DNA from: Cladosporium halotolerans
Taxonomy: Eukaryota
Assembly: GCF_011745625.1 (NCBI RefSeq)
Contig: NW_027191453.1
Coordinates: 1,054,001-1,118,000 of the forward strand
Length of the DNA stretch: 64,000 nucleotides
Reading direction: 5' to 3'
Shown here: positions 25,165-36,395 of the stretch, in pieces
Position numbering within the stretch: position 1 is the first letter of the stretch
Layout: each line of letters begins with the position of its first letter
Program-made: the position numbers and the translations under genes
Notes under the pieces: generated by a model
Seen by the model: the letters and a program-made list of their open reading frames with translations, nothing else
Database searches by the model: none
Told to the model about the DNA's origin: nothing

Positions 25165-26837
25165 ATGGTCCTCAATGGCAAGAAGCTGCAGGTGGCCCAG
25201 CTGTTGCTGGTCGTCATGCCTGCCTTCGTCCTGTTCGGTTACAACCAGTCTGGTGTCGGCGGTCTTCTCTCGCTGAGAAACTTCGCTGAGACGTTCCCGG
25301 AAATGGACACCGTCACCACCGAGGGTGCAGAGAAGAGCCACAAGAAGACCATCCAGGGTACCGTCGTCGCTATGTTCACCATTGGCGCGCTTCTCGGAGC
25401 CTTCTCCTGCTCCTGGTTCGGCGACAAGCTCGGCCGCCGCAAGATGATCTTCCTCGCTGGTATTCTGACCCTCATCGGCGAGATCCTCCAGTGCTCTTCG
25501 TTCCACATCGCCCAGTTCATCGTCGGACGATTCATCCTTGGATGGGGTGTTGGTCAGCTTTCCGCCACCGTCCCGGTCTGGCAGTCTGAGTGCTCCGGAA
25601 CAAAGAACCGCGGTGCCCACACCGTCTTGGACGGATGCTTCATCAGTTTGGGTTACCTGCTCGAGTCCTGGATCAACCTTGGTTTCTTCGAGATCAACTT
25701 TGGCCCGGTCCAATGGCGCATCCCCTTGGTCTTCCCCATCTTCGTCTCGATCATGCTCATGTCCTGCGTCTTCCTCATTCCTGAGTCGCCGCGTTGGCTC
25801 TGCCGCAAGGGACGTGGTGAGCAGGCTCGTGCCAACTTGGCCAGGTTCCGCGGTCTCGCCCAGGACGACCCGCTGGTTGCTACCGAAATTGGCGGCATTG
25901 AGCTCGCTCTCGAGGAGACTGGTCACTCCGCTGCCAGCATGAAGGACATCTTCACCATGGGCAAGGACAAGCTTTTCTACCGCTTCATGCTCTGCATCCT
26001 GCTCCAATTACTTCAGCAGATGTGCGGAAGGTACGTTCAACAGTCACCTCGTTTCTTTGGGGAAATCATACTGACTCGTCTCCAGCAACCTCATCAGTGT
26101 CTACGCCACCATTCTCTTCCAGGACAGCTTGGGCATGTCCCCTGAGCTCTCTCGTGTTCTGACCGGTGCCTGCCTGACATGGAAGTTCCTGTCCTGCTTC
26201 GTTGCCTTCTTCACCATCGACCGCTTCGGCCGCCGCATCTTGTTCATCATCTCCGGCTTCGGCATGGCCAGCTGCATGATGTCGCTCGCCATCTGCACCA
26301 GCTTCCCCGACACCAACACCGGCGCGATGGGCGCGGCCGCCTTCTTCATCTTCGCCTTCAACTTCTTCGTCCCCATCGGCTTCCTCGGCTGCAACTTCCT
26401 CTACTGCACCGAAGTCGCGCCCATGCGCCTGCGTGTGCCCATGGCTTCCATTTCCACCGCCAACCACTGGCTGTGGAACTTCGTCGTCGTCATGGTAAGC
26501 CCCTTCAGCCCATTCCATCCTGCCCACGCGAACCACCCACTAACTTCCCACCCACCAGATCACCCCCGTCGCCGTCAACACGATCGGCTACCGGTACTTC
26601 ATCGTCTACGCCGTCATCTCCGCCACGATCGTGCCGCTCGTCTACTTCTTCTACCCGGAGACGATGGGCCGCTCGCTCGAGGAGCTCGAGATGCTCTTCG
26701 CCGAGTCGCCGTCCATCATGTCCATCGTGCGCGAGTCCAAGCGCAAGCCGGCCGAGGGCGGCCTGGTCACGCAGCACCTGCGCGAGAAGATCGGCAAGGA
26801 CGACGACGACGACGACGAGGTCGAGTACAAGGTCTAA
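25165..26837 (+). CDS. MFS sugar porter, STL1-like
   Basis: LFGYNQS, GDKLGRRK, VPVWQSEC, PESPRWL, QQMCG|SNLISVY, IDRFGRR and YPETMGRSLEE motifs; introns 26031-26085 and 26495-26558. Confidence 0.92.
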
Positions 26838-28743
26838 AAAGGAAAAAGGATTATGGATACGAGATTTGCTTGTTTGGGATACATGGTGCGTTTGCGTCGG
26901 ACTGCATTGCATCGGAGTTTTTGCTGTGCTTTTTCTTTCGGCGATGCGATGAATTTCGCTGCTGCTCTCTTGCGAGGGCTTGATGATACGCCTTTTACGA
27001 TAGTTGGCAGATGAGCGGTCGAGAATGACTGCCACGCATACTGAGATGAAATGATCGGTTACCTTTTCACGTTTGCACGCTTTTTCCGTGTGGTGCTTTT
27101 TCAACTTCGGTGCTGTACCCGTTGATCAGACCCGGAGATGGTTCCGCCAGGAGGCTTCGCGCATCGCACACTCCTGGAGTGCTACAGGTGTTGAGCATTT
27201 GGCGGTGCTGCATCAGTCCTGTATTCGTTGCTTTATGGCTTTCAGCAGTGGACAACAGGAGGTCAAGTCGGTCATGGACGTAGTTCCGCGTAATTGTAGC
27301 ACTATGGTCTGAGGACTGGACACAGAACAGGGCCGGAAGAGCGCCTGGAGAGCATTCAAGGAAAGTACATCTTCGGTGGCCGGACTGATCGGCTCCTTGA
27401 TCGAAGTACTTCATAATGTTACTGGCACAGCGGACTCCGCCGGCTGCAGCAGCCGGCAGTGGTGAGAGTCGCATTGGCCCATGGCGCTCCAGCAAAAATA
27501 GAGGTGAAGGCGGCTTGGACGATCTTCTGAAACGCCTTTCAGTCGAACGAGTCGTCGACGTGACAGCGGCACGAGCAGATCACGAAGGCGGCGCGAACCA
27601 CGAGTCGCGAACGCGTGTTCTTGCCGCAAAATAGCGCGCGGCAGCCCCGGCAGCCGCCGCAAGGCCTCGAAGGTTCGGCCGGATCTCTTCAAGGGTACTG
27701 CGCTCCAGGGGTGTGCGCGGCGGTGGCTGCGGGTGCGTGGAGTCTGGTGCGTGTGGGCAGGATCGGGAGATGACGCGCCTTAACAGAGGCTATATCGCAG
27801 AGCCTGCGCGGAGGGTGCGCGCGGGTGCCGTGGTGCAGCCTCAGGGCGCCCGGATGCGAGGCCGAACTCCTGAGATGCACGGCAGAGACAGATGCGCTGC
27901 TTGCAAGACTCCAAGCGACTGGAACGGCGGCGCCAAGCTTCCCCAGAGAGAGCGCCGTTGAGCCGCGCGCGCCGGCGCCGTTTGCGACGAGCATCGCCGC
28001 CGTGATCGCCTGCCCGTGGGTTGGCAGTGCTTTGTGTGCACGCGCTGCGGCGCGCAGAGAGCAGCAATCGCACGGGCAGAGCGAAGGGCGACGCCGCTGG
28101 CCAGACTCTGCGAGACGCTGCGCATCCTTGACCTGTTGGGAGATTGCTCTCCGCCCGCGTTTCACATCCCCGTCGGCACGGCCCGCCTCTTGGAGGTGGG
28201 CTGAGAGATCTCCCTGAGCGCGCTTACGCTCTCTCTCCCTTCAGCGCTGCGGTCCAGACGAGACACGCAGAAACGGCGCTCCGCCCATATCGCCGTCGAC
28301 ATATAACACGCGTGCCCTCTCCTGCCAGCCACCGCCTCGCGACCCAGCGCCCACGCCCCCTACTGCTGCTCTTCGCGCGCCCGCCGACACCACTCTCTTT
28401 CCCTCCGCCCCGTAACCCTACCAACACATCCACCACAGCCCGGCGCTGCACTACCTTCTCGTGGACGCTCACACCGATCCGCCGACAGGACATTCTTTCA
28501 TTGCCTACGCTACGACACTCCTTGAACTTCTCTCTACCTTACACATTACATTTCTCAGGCTGGACACCTGATTCGGCCGACCCGCCTTCACCAACACCAC
28601 CACACTCGCTTGACGCGTACCTTCATTGACCACCGTTCCAACCACACTTTTGCGCCCGACCATCACACCTCCTAAGACAATCAAACAACCACGACACGAC
28701 GTACTAGCAGGACAAATCCAGCTTCCGCCCTCACGACCGCTTG

Positions 28744-29877
28744 ATGCCCAGCAACGCCAGCCTTGGCCCATACCTACAGGAGAAGATGGATCACTACGAC
28801 AACAGAGGATACGGCGGTGGGCGCAGTAAGAAGTTCAGCATGGGCAACATCTTCGGCGATCCCTTCCCGCTGGCCACGCTGGGAATTGGCATTGTAAGAC
28901 ACCCTGCGAAACATGCTGTTCCCACTTTGTCCAGACGCGCTTGCTAACATTTGACATCATAGTCCGGATGGCTTATCGCGTTCGTGAGCTCCATCATTGC
29001 TGACGTGCAAGGCGACTACCCCAACTACTCATGGTGGACGCTGGCTTTCATGTTGATGTGCATTGTTGCGGTCTTCGTCACCGTCGCAACGGACTCGGTC
29101 CACACATATCACGTGGCGCTTGTTGGGCTTTTATCCGCTGGCTTGGTCTTCACTACTTCGTCTGTGAACTCGCTGATCTACTATTCTGATGCTGCGAAAG
29201 AAGCGGCGGCGGCGGGTTTCATCCTGCTGTCCATGGTGTCTGTGAGTGGCGACGTCACTCCCTTCATGTTAGCACCAGCTAATAATTCTCTAGATCGTAT
29301 GGATCTTCTACTACGGTTCGCAGCCGACAGCATCGCACCGCCGCACACTCGACTCCTTCGCCTTGCACAAAGATGGCGCGCCCTCGCGAAGCAGCCGCTA
29401 CATGACCCAGCACTCTCACCGACCAGACACCATCCGCTCCAGCAGCCACCAGCCGCAAATGTACAACGCCAACCAGCTCGCGGGCTTCGAGACCTCGTCA
29501 CCCGTGACAGGCTTCGCAGGAGGCGCAGTAGGCCAGCAACAGAGAGCCTCGGCATCAGCATTCCCTCAACCAGCTTCCACACCCGGCGTCTCAGCGCCCG
29601 GCACAGGAGTCGCGGAAAGCCACCAGCAGACCGAGTTCGACTACCCGTACCGCGCGAAGGCGATCTACAGCTACGAAGCGAACCCCGAAGACAGCAACGA
29701 GGTGTCTTTCTCCAAGCATGAAATCCTCGAGGTGTCAGATGTCAGCGGCAGGTGGTGGCAAGCGAAGAAGGAGAACGGCGACAAGGGCATCATCCCCAGT
29801 AATTACGTACGTTGCGATCCCACATCGCCTTCTGCTCGACTTTCACTAACAGTCACTTCCAGGTTGTCCTCATATAG
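28744..29877 (+). CDS. SHO1: High-osmolarity signalling protein Sho1 (4 TM + SH3)
   Basis: [12 protein letters not shown], four TM segments, [14 protein letters not shown] and SH3 domain [34 protein letters not shown]. Introns ~28894-28962, 29242-29293 and 29807-29862; alternative start at 28786. Confidence 0.93.
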
Positions 29878-31164
29878 TCCAGCACAAAAGGGCGGCCGCG
29901 ATCGACGGAGGAAACGTGCTACAGAGAGAATGCGCGGCGCTCGACTGCCGTCTTCGGCCCAACTGTACGACCTGTTTTTGTTTGTTTTTTACCCTGCCCG
30001 GTGTCCACGGAACGCCCATGAGGCGTGTGCGAATTGGAACTTTCTTTTTCCTTCCCAAAACCTCTTTCTCCTGTTCTTGCCTTCTGCTGTTGATGTTCGA
30101 TTACCGGGTCTCTTCTGCCCGAGATTGGTGTCTTTTTGGCCGGCAGATAGATCCCGCTCGGGCAATGCTGTCTTCTTTCATGTTGGGCTTCTTTCTCTTT
30201 TGGAACGCGCGATTACGATACCAGGGGAAACAAAGTCTTCGATTCTGCTCAATTGGTCCTTCCTGTTCTCTACGTGTGATGTGATTTCCGGATCTTGGGC
30301 GCTCGGGAAATGTGCGTGTCCGGTGAGCATGGCAGTGTCCGTAGAGTTCACTCTTGATACCAAGCTGACGACAGCTGATGAGATTCGGGATCTGGAAGCT
30401 AGCTTACTCTGCCCGGAACTCGCTCCGTACGTCATGGAGACGCGATACGCCCAAGCTTCGGCACTGCCAGCAATATCCCTGAGTCTGACGGTTGCGCAGC
30501 GGAGGCTACAATGTTTCGCCCACCGGTAACTGGTGGCAGACAACGCTAAGGCAAGAGCGCCGCTCCGAAGAGAGAACACCACAGAATCTGCAAGCGTCGT
30601 TGCCGTCCTCTCCGCAGCACGACCGTGCTGTTCTTTGTCTGGCAACGCCAGTACGTGCACGCGAGCGAGGTGGAGCGGCGAGGCTGCGGTTGCGGTGGGA
30701 ATGAAGCGTGGTATGGGTCTCGCTGGTCTTTTCCCAAACGGGAAGGGGAATTCGAGGGCCCTTCCGTCTTGCGCAGCAGCACAGCGGGCGCAAGGAAGAG
30801 TGCGACGAGCGCGCCACTCCAGCTGCCGAGAGAGCCACAGCACCAGCTACACGTCAGGATCCGGCGACGTCTGAAACCCCTGCGCTCGCTGCTGGAAACG
30901 CCAATGCGCATGGCCGTCATGACTTCACCGCATCAGCGATTGGGCCTTCTCGACCGCTATCTTGCCGAGAGCCAATGAGAAGGCGCGGAAGCACGGATCA
31001 GTCAGCGGGCAGCGTCATAAGTGCCCTGCGAGCGTCTATGATGAAATAAGCTTCGTTTACATCGCGGTGGCGTCCACCTTTTACACTTATATTGCTGTTC
31101 CTTCAACCATTGTTGCGCGCGATTGTATACTCTTTCACAATCACATCCTTCTTAATCATCCAAC

Positions 31165-32871
31165 ATGGCACCCGGAGCAATTGAGCCTACCCACCACGCG
31201 CCTGATGGCCGTCACAATGGTGACATCCACCGCGACTACAACGATGACAGGAACGCCTCTTCGCAGGACACCCTGTACACCACAAGCAATGGCGTTCCCA
31301 TGCCGCATCCCTACGAGACTCAGCGTGTTGGCGAGAACGGCCCCCTTCTCCTTCAGGACTTCCACCTGATCGATCTGCTTTCTCACTTCGACCGCGAGCG
31401 TATTCCCGAGCGTGTCGTTCACGCAAAGGGTGGCGGAGCCCACGGCTACTACAAGACCACTGACCCAATGGACGACCTCTGCCTGGCAGACATCTCCCAG
31501 AAGGACAAGCAGTGCCCGATCACCATCCGTTTCTCTACTGTCGGCGGTGAGAGCGGTACGCCTGACCTTGCCCGTGACCCTCGTGGCTTCTCCGTCAAGT
31601 TCCGCACTGACGAGGGCAACTGGGACATGGTCGCCAACAACACACCGGTCTTTTTCCTTCGCGACCCTGCGAAGTTCCCTCACTTCATCCACACTCAGAA
31701 GCGTCACCCCGCTACCCACCTGACCCACGGTGACGACTCGACCATGTTCTGGGACTACCTGTCTCAGAACCCCGAGTCTGTCCACCAGGTCATGATCCTC
31801 ATGGGTGACCGTGGTATTCCCGACAGCTGGCGCAAGATGCACGGTTACGCCGGCCACACCCTCAAGCTCGTCAACAAGCAGGGCGAGTGGGTCTACGCCC
31901 AGATGCACATGAAGAGCAAGCAGGGCACCTCCTTCGTGACCCAGGAGGATTCCGCCAACTACAGCCCCGACTACTCGCAGAAGGACCTTTACGACGCCAT
32001 CGAGGCTGGCGACTACCCCGGGTGGGACGTCTGCTTCCAGACCATGACTCCCAAGGAGGCCGAGGAGCTCTGGGAGAAGCAGCGCATCAACGTCTTCGAC
32101 CTGACCCACGTCTGGCCGCAGAAGCAGTTCCCGCTCCGCAAGGTCGGCGAGTTCTACCTCAACGAGAACGTTCAGAACTACTTCGCCGAAATTGAGCAGA
32201 TCGCCTTCAACCCCTCGCACATGCCGCCTGGCATCGAGCCCTCTGCCGATCCCGTCCTGCAGTCCCGCCTCTTCTCCTACCCCGACACCCACCGCCACCG
32301 CATCGGCGTCAACTACCAGCAGCTCCCGACCAACGCCACGCGCACGCCCTACCGTGTCGCCAACTTCCAGCGCGACGGCAACATGGCCTTCCACAACCAG
32401 GGCTCGCGCCCGGCCTACCTCTCCTCCATCGAGCCCATCAGCTTCCGCAACCGCAGCGTCGACCTGAGCAAGGTTCACGGCAACTTCATCGGCAACGCCG
32501 TCTCCTTCCTGAGCGAGATCCGCCCGGAGGACTTCAACGCCCCGCGCGCCCTGTGGGAGCGCGTCTGGGACGAGGGCGCCCGCGAGCGCTTCATCTCCAA
32601 CATCTCCGGCCACATGAGCAACTGCCGCAGCGAGGAGATCCTCAAGCGCGAGATCGGCATCTTCCGCGAGGTGTCGGAGGACCTGGCTTCGCGCCTTGAG
32701 AAGGCCACCGGTGTCAAGGGTTACCCTGGCATCGCGGGCCTGCGCTTCAACGGCACGCACAACGGCATGGCGGACGATGGCAAGAACAAGAGCGCCAACG
32801 GCATGGACCCTGAGGTTGCTAGCGGCGAGTCGATGAACAACGGCGCTCCTCGCGCTGGTACGCACCAGTAG
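31165..32871 (+). CDS. Monofunctional heme catalase (small subunit), intronless
   Basis: FDRERIPERVVHAKG active-site signature and RLFSYPDTH proximal heme ligand motif; strong codon bias. Confidence 0.96.
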   Translation: MAPGAIEPTHHAPDGRHNGDIHRDYNDDRNASSQDTLYTTSNGVPMPHPYETQRVGENGPLLLQDFHLIDLLSHFDRERIPERVVHAKGGGAHGYYKTTDPMDDLCLADISQKDKQCPITIRFSTVGGESGTPDLARDPRGFSVKFRTDEGNWDMVANNTPVFFLRDPAKFPHFIHTQKRHPATHLTHGDDSTMFWDYLSQNPESVHQVMILMGDRGIPDSWRKMHGYAGHTLKLVNKQGEWVYAQMHMKSKQGTSFVTQEDSANYSPDYSQKDLYDAIEAGDYPGWDVCFQTMTPKEAEELWEKQRINVFDLTHVWPQKQFPLRKVGEFYLNENVQNYFAEIEQIAFNPSHMPPGIEPSADPVLQSRLFSYPDTHRHRIGVNYQQLPTNATRTPYRVANFQRDGNMAFHNQGSRPAYLSSIEPISFRNRSVDLSKVHGNFIGNAVSFLSEIRPEDFNAPRALWERVWDEGARERFISNISGHMSNCRSEEILKREIGIFREVSEDLASRLEKATGVKGYPGIAGLRFNGTHNGMADDGKNKSANGMDPEVASGESMNNGAPRAGTHQ

Positions 32872-33550
32872 ACTATGCTTGACTTCGGGGGTGTTTTGAT
32901 ATAGTAGTATATGTAATGCATCATGAATGAACGTTTTGTCCTTCATCAGATATCATCGCTTTCGTTTGCTTCCTCTCATACTATTGATCGGATTTGTCCT
33001 TCGCGCCGTACTCTCGTCTGTCCAACTCCTTTGCAAGCTCAGCTCAACTTCATTGTCCAGCCATGCTATCCAAGTACTCCAAATAACAATCAACCACAGT
33101 CTTCCATCCATACACTCACCATCGCAGCCGCACAAACCGCCAAGCACCAACTCAAACTGACTTCCGAGCGATCAGGCCAAGACAACAAACCCAAACCTCG
33201 CCGCCAAGTCGTGAAGTTCAGCTCCTACTTTGACCAGCCTATCACCGTCCGCCTGCTCCAGCTCCGTCAACACTATAGCTGCATTGGCGCGGCGCACGAG
33301 GCGCTCTCTGGACGTTGCGCGGGCATCAACCAGGCGATCAGCGACGACAGCCTATACCGTGTTGCTGTGACCCCTCTGTTCGAAGAGGCGGATGACGGCG
33401 TCCAAGAAAGGTTGATGCGGTTGCGAGTGATGGGATAAGGGATTGGGGGGGACCTTGTTCGGGTGATGGGGAGTGGTGGATACTCTGTCTTTCAGTTGAG
33501 TCGAACGCTCTGAACGCCCTCCATTCGCACATTGGTACTTAAATCTCATC

Positions 33551-34104
33551 ATGCTTCGCCCTCAATCTCTTACGACATTCGCAGCTCTGGCCGCAGTCCT
33601 CGTCCAGGCCCAGCAAAGCCCAAATAACACCAACCGCGCAGTCGACATCCTCCCCTGCAACGCCATCCCCAACATCGACCTAAGCAGCGGCACCGTGTGC
33701 GAACGCGCTGGCCTCGCCTCCACCGGCGTCGGCATCGCGCCCGACGTCTTCGCCACAAACAACGCGTCGACAACGCCTACGAAGGCGGCGCCGCCGCCGG
33801 CTACCAGTACTCCATCCAGCACCTCTACGCCGGCGTCCCGCCCGCCCTGGCCGTCGCAGACCAGCCGCCCGCCTGCGCCCTGACGCTGCAGTACCAAGCC
33901 CAAACCCTACCCAACATCACCGGCCCGCGCGACTACTCAACCTCCTGCTCCGACACCTTCTCCGACACCTGCCTGGCCTCCCTGACAGCCTGCACACAAG
34001 AATCTCAGCCTTGCCAAACATTCAGGCCCACCGTAGGCCGGAAAAGAAGCGCGAAAGAAGTGAAAGTTGGTCTCACATACTCAGATACAATCTGTGGTCA
34101 TTAA
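33551..34104 (+). pseudogene. Frameshifted or truncated secreted Cys-containing protein gene
   Basis: Signal peptide MLRPQSLTTFAALAAVLVQAQQ. Coding-like sequence continues in another frame after ~33768 (VDNAYEGG..LYAGVPP..DQPPACALTLQYQAQT..TSCSDTFSDTC), with no intron signals at the junction. Confidence 0.55.
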
Positions 34105-34124
34105 TTGGTCGGCTTGTTTTATTG

Positions 34125-35609
34125 TTACTCCGCCCCAGGCTCGACGTCATATAGTACGTCTGTCCTGATCACGTACTTCGCACTTGGTGTGCCTTCCCGC
34201 TTGACACCAGTTCCCTCGTGCAGCAAGCTGCCTTCGGTCTCGCCATGAGGGAACATCGCCACGCTTCCCTGCACTGGTTTCACAGAGTACGCGTTCATGC
34301 TACCTTCTCTGAAACTCGGAAGGAAAAACGAAGTTTCACCGGCCTCGAACTCGTCGTTCAAGTAAACAAGGAAAGTGAAGAGAGACGACTGCTTGCCTGT
34401 AGATGGCGAGGCGTCGTAGATATACTTGTCTTCCGCAGAAATTCCAGATGGCGGCCATGCGCCGTCAATATGAGCACGGTACTCAGCGCCAGGGACGTAG
34501 CGGTAGACTCTGAATCTTCTGTTGAGGCCTCGTACCTTCTTGCCTGCAACTTCTGTTGGCACGAACGGAGCCACGCGAGACCAGAGCTTTGCATTGAAAG
34601 CCTCGTCGACTATCCAATAGAAATTGTGGGCAAGGATGCTCGATTCTTCGCCTTCTTCCGTGATGGGAGCGTCAGGCTTGAAGCCCACTGTTTCGCCGGC
34701 AGCAATTATGCCCTCGCATTCGGCCGGGGTGAGTACATCTTTTAGAAGATGGAGATTTGGTACTGTTGGGTGCTGATGATGTGTCGTCTTTGGTGGCTGT
34801 GATGTGGATAGAGGAATCGCGTCATCCTGTGAGGTGTACAACACCGCAGGGTGAAGATTTGGGGGCTTTCGTTGCGCTCCAGGTGTCGTCTCAAGGACGC
34901 GGAATGTGTTTGCCATGTTTTGTGGAGTAGATGAGAAGATCGTCCGATCCAGCACACTGTTGTAGACTTTCCTTCGAGGGGCCTCGTCTCTAAGATTCCA
35001 CGCCTGGCGGGGAATGATGGGGAGTGCCTTTGACATTGAAGCTGGCTTCGCCGTCTCGACCACCGCGTGATCCGTTGGCCCTGTCAGACGAAGTACAGCA
35101 TCCAGTACTAACAGAGCATCTTCTTCTCTCTCAGTTCTCGCTCTTCCATCTTCATCCAGTTGTTCGGCCAAGCCACTGACAACATCTAGGTCGCGAACCC
35201 AACGACAAAGCGCACCTAGTTTTGGCTTCTGCCTCCTTATGCTCATCTCAGCCAGCAGGATCCTTGCTTCCGTATATTTCCCATCCGCCAGAGCCCCGCT
35301 AATCTTTGCTGTGAGGTTGGTGTCGTCCGATGTCGCATTGAGACCGGTTGTGCATGCTTTCGAAAACTCATAGACGGTAGTGCGCAGATCCTTGCAGGCC
35401 TTCGTCTTGATCACTGCTGGGTTTGCGGCGAGGGTGTTCAGGGTGTCGATTGCGAGCTCGATGTCTTCATCGCAGAGGCCAACACTGGCAATAGTTTTGG
35501 CCTGGTTGTCCGGTGGGGGAGTGATGGGTTCCTGCCCAGCCTTCTGGCGCTTGGGTGCGGCTGAGATTGACGCGTCAGGCTGTTTGCGCTTGTTCTTTGA
35601 TTTTGCCAT
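34125..35609 (-). CDS. 2OG-Fe(II) oxygenase, prolyl-4-hydroxylase-like domain, with N-terminal extension
   Basis: VLTPAECEGII, GLNRRFRVYRY, HID, FLVYLNDEFEAGET, LLHEG and KYVIRTD (HxD...H facial triad). Confidence 0.88.
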   Translation of the reverse strand: MAKSKNKRKQPDASISAAPKRQKAGQEPITPPPDNQAKTIASVGLCDEDIELAIDTLNTLAANPAVIKTKACKDLRTTVYEFSKACTTGLNATSDDTNLTAKISGALADGKYTEARILLAEMSIRRQKPKLGALCRWVRDLDVVSGLAEQLDEDGRARTEREEDALLVLDAVLRLTGPTDHAVVETAKPASMSKALPIIPRQAWNLRDEAPRRKVYNSVLDRTIFSSTPQNMANTFRVLETTPGAQRKPPNLHPAVLYTSQDDAIPLSTSQPPKTTHHQHPTVPNLHLLKDVLTPAECEGIIAAGETVGFKPDAPITEEGEESSILAHNFYWIVDEAFNAKLWSRVAPFVPTEVAGKKVRGLNRRFRVYRYVPGAEYRAHIDGAWPPSGISAEDKYIYDASPSTGKQSSLFTFLVYLNDEFEAGETSFFLPSFREGSMNAYSVKPVQGSVAMFPHGETEGSLLHEGTGVKREGTPSAKYVIRTDVLYDVEPGAE

Positions 35610-36018
35610 CTTCAATGAGATGATCTCTGGGAAGTATGATCTGGCGTGAGCAGGAAGCCCTCGGTCGCACCTCAGTCTTCAAGACTTTCGACGTGGGCTT
35701 CAAATCCAGGGTCCAAGGCCTCGGTTTCTGGCGTCACTCAGGCTTCACCGTTAGATTCTCACGCCTCCTATCGTCACGACGTTATTTGTGTTGTTCAGTT
35801 GTCGACGGTGAGGCTCACAGCATCGGTGAGGTTTCACCTTCGCCAATCTGAGCAATATCTCCTTGCGACTCTTATAGACTTGCCTCCCATTTTACCTCGA
35901 CCATCGCGAGCATCCTCACAAGCGGTCAAATTCCATCAATAACATTTTAGCAAGCAATCTAATGACAAGACTAACATACGCCAATACCCACGTAAGACAT
36001 ATTATGATCCGCAATGGA

Positions 36019-36082
36019 ATGATGACATGATGTTTTCAGGCGCACTGAACATCTTCGAGTGGCATGATGAAATGTAGCGTGA
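36019..36082 (+). ncRNA. Candidate box C/D snoRNA-like RNA inside a putative intron (35992-36150) of an unannotated host transcript
   Basis: C box ATGATGA 36019, D' CTGA 36045, C' ATGATGA 36064, non-canonical D GTGA 36079; flanking complementarity TTATG-ATCCG / CGGAT..CATAA; GTAAGA donor, CTAAC branch point and CAG acceptor. Confidence 0.4.
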
Positions 36083-36101
36083 GCATAAGACGGATTCGAC
36101 A

Positions 36102-36121
36102 TAACCCTAACCCTAACCCTA
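36102..36121 (+). repeat. (TAACCC)3 telomere-like repeat
   Basis: taaccctaaccctaacccta seen directly. Confidence 0.85.
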
Positions 36122-36395
36122 CCAACATCGAACACAATGCTCCGCAACAGCACCCGTTTCGCCCTCAGCGTACCCTACACAACATAGGCTGTGAAGCCGA
36201 TCGACCTGAGCAAAGGCACACTTGTGAAGAAGGTAGGATGTGTATGTGATACGTTACTTATAATATTTACGCAGAATATCCTGCCTGCTGGGTATCTTGC
36301 TGTCCCTCTATCGTCTTCGCGAACGCTAACACATATACTCACTTAAGCGAAACCCCTTTCCCTTCTCCGACGCACATCAGCCCACATCCTCAACA

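Noticed and set aside
29807..30529. Long hydrophobic C-terminal extension of Sho1 in the ORF track
   Set aside because: It reads through the last intron; splicing ends the SH3 domain properly at 29877.
32869..32910. Cryptic PTS1 on catalase via stop readthrough
   Set aside because: Stop context TAG ACT is not the TGA CTA readthrough motif, and the extension ends ..GVLI with no PTS1.
31156..32946. 596-aa antisense ORF over the catalase
   Set aside because: Shadow frame caused by strong C-ending codon bias. The same applies to 12032-13270, 25141-26007, 58354-59733 and 61741-62574.
36102..36121. (TAACCC)3 as telomerase RNA template or chromosome-end relic
   Set aside because: The intergenic space (~750 bp) is too short for a typical ~2-kb Pezizomycotina telomerase RNA, and no subtelomeric features surround it.
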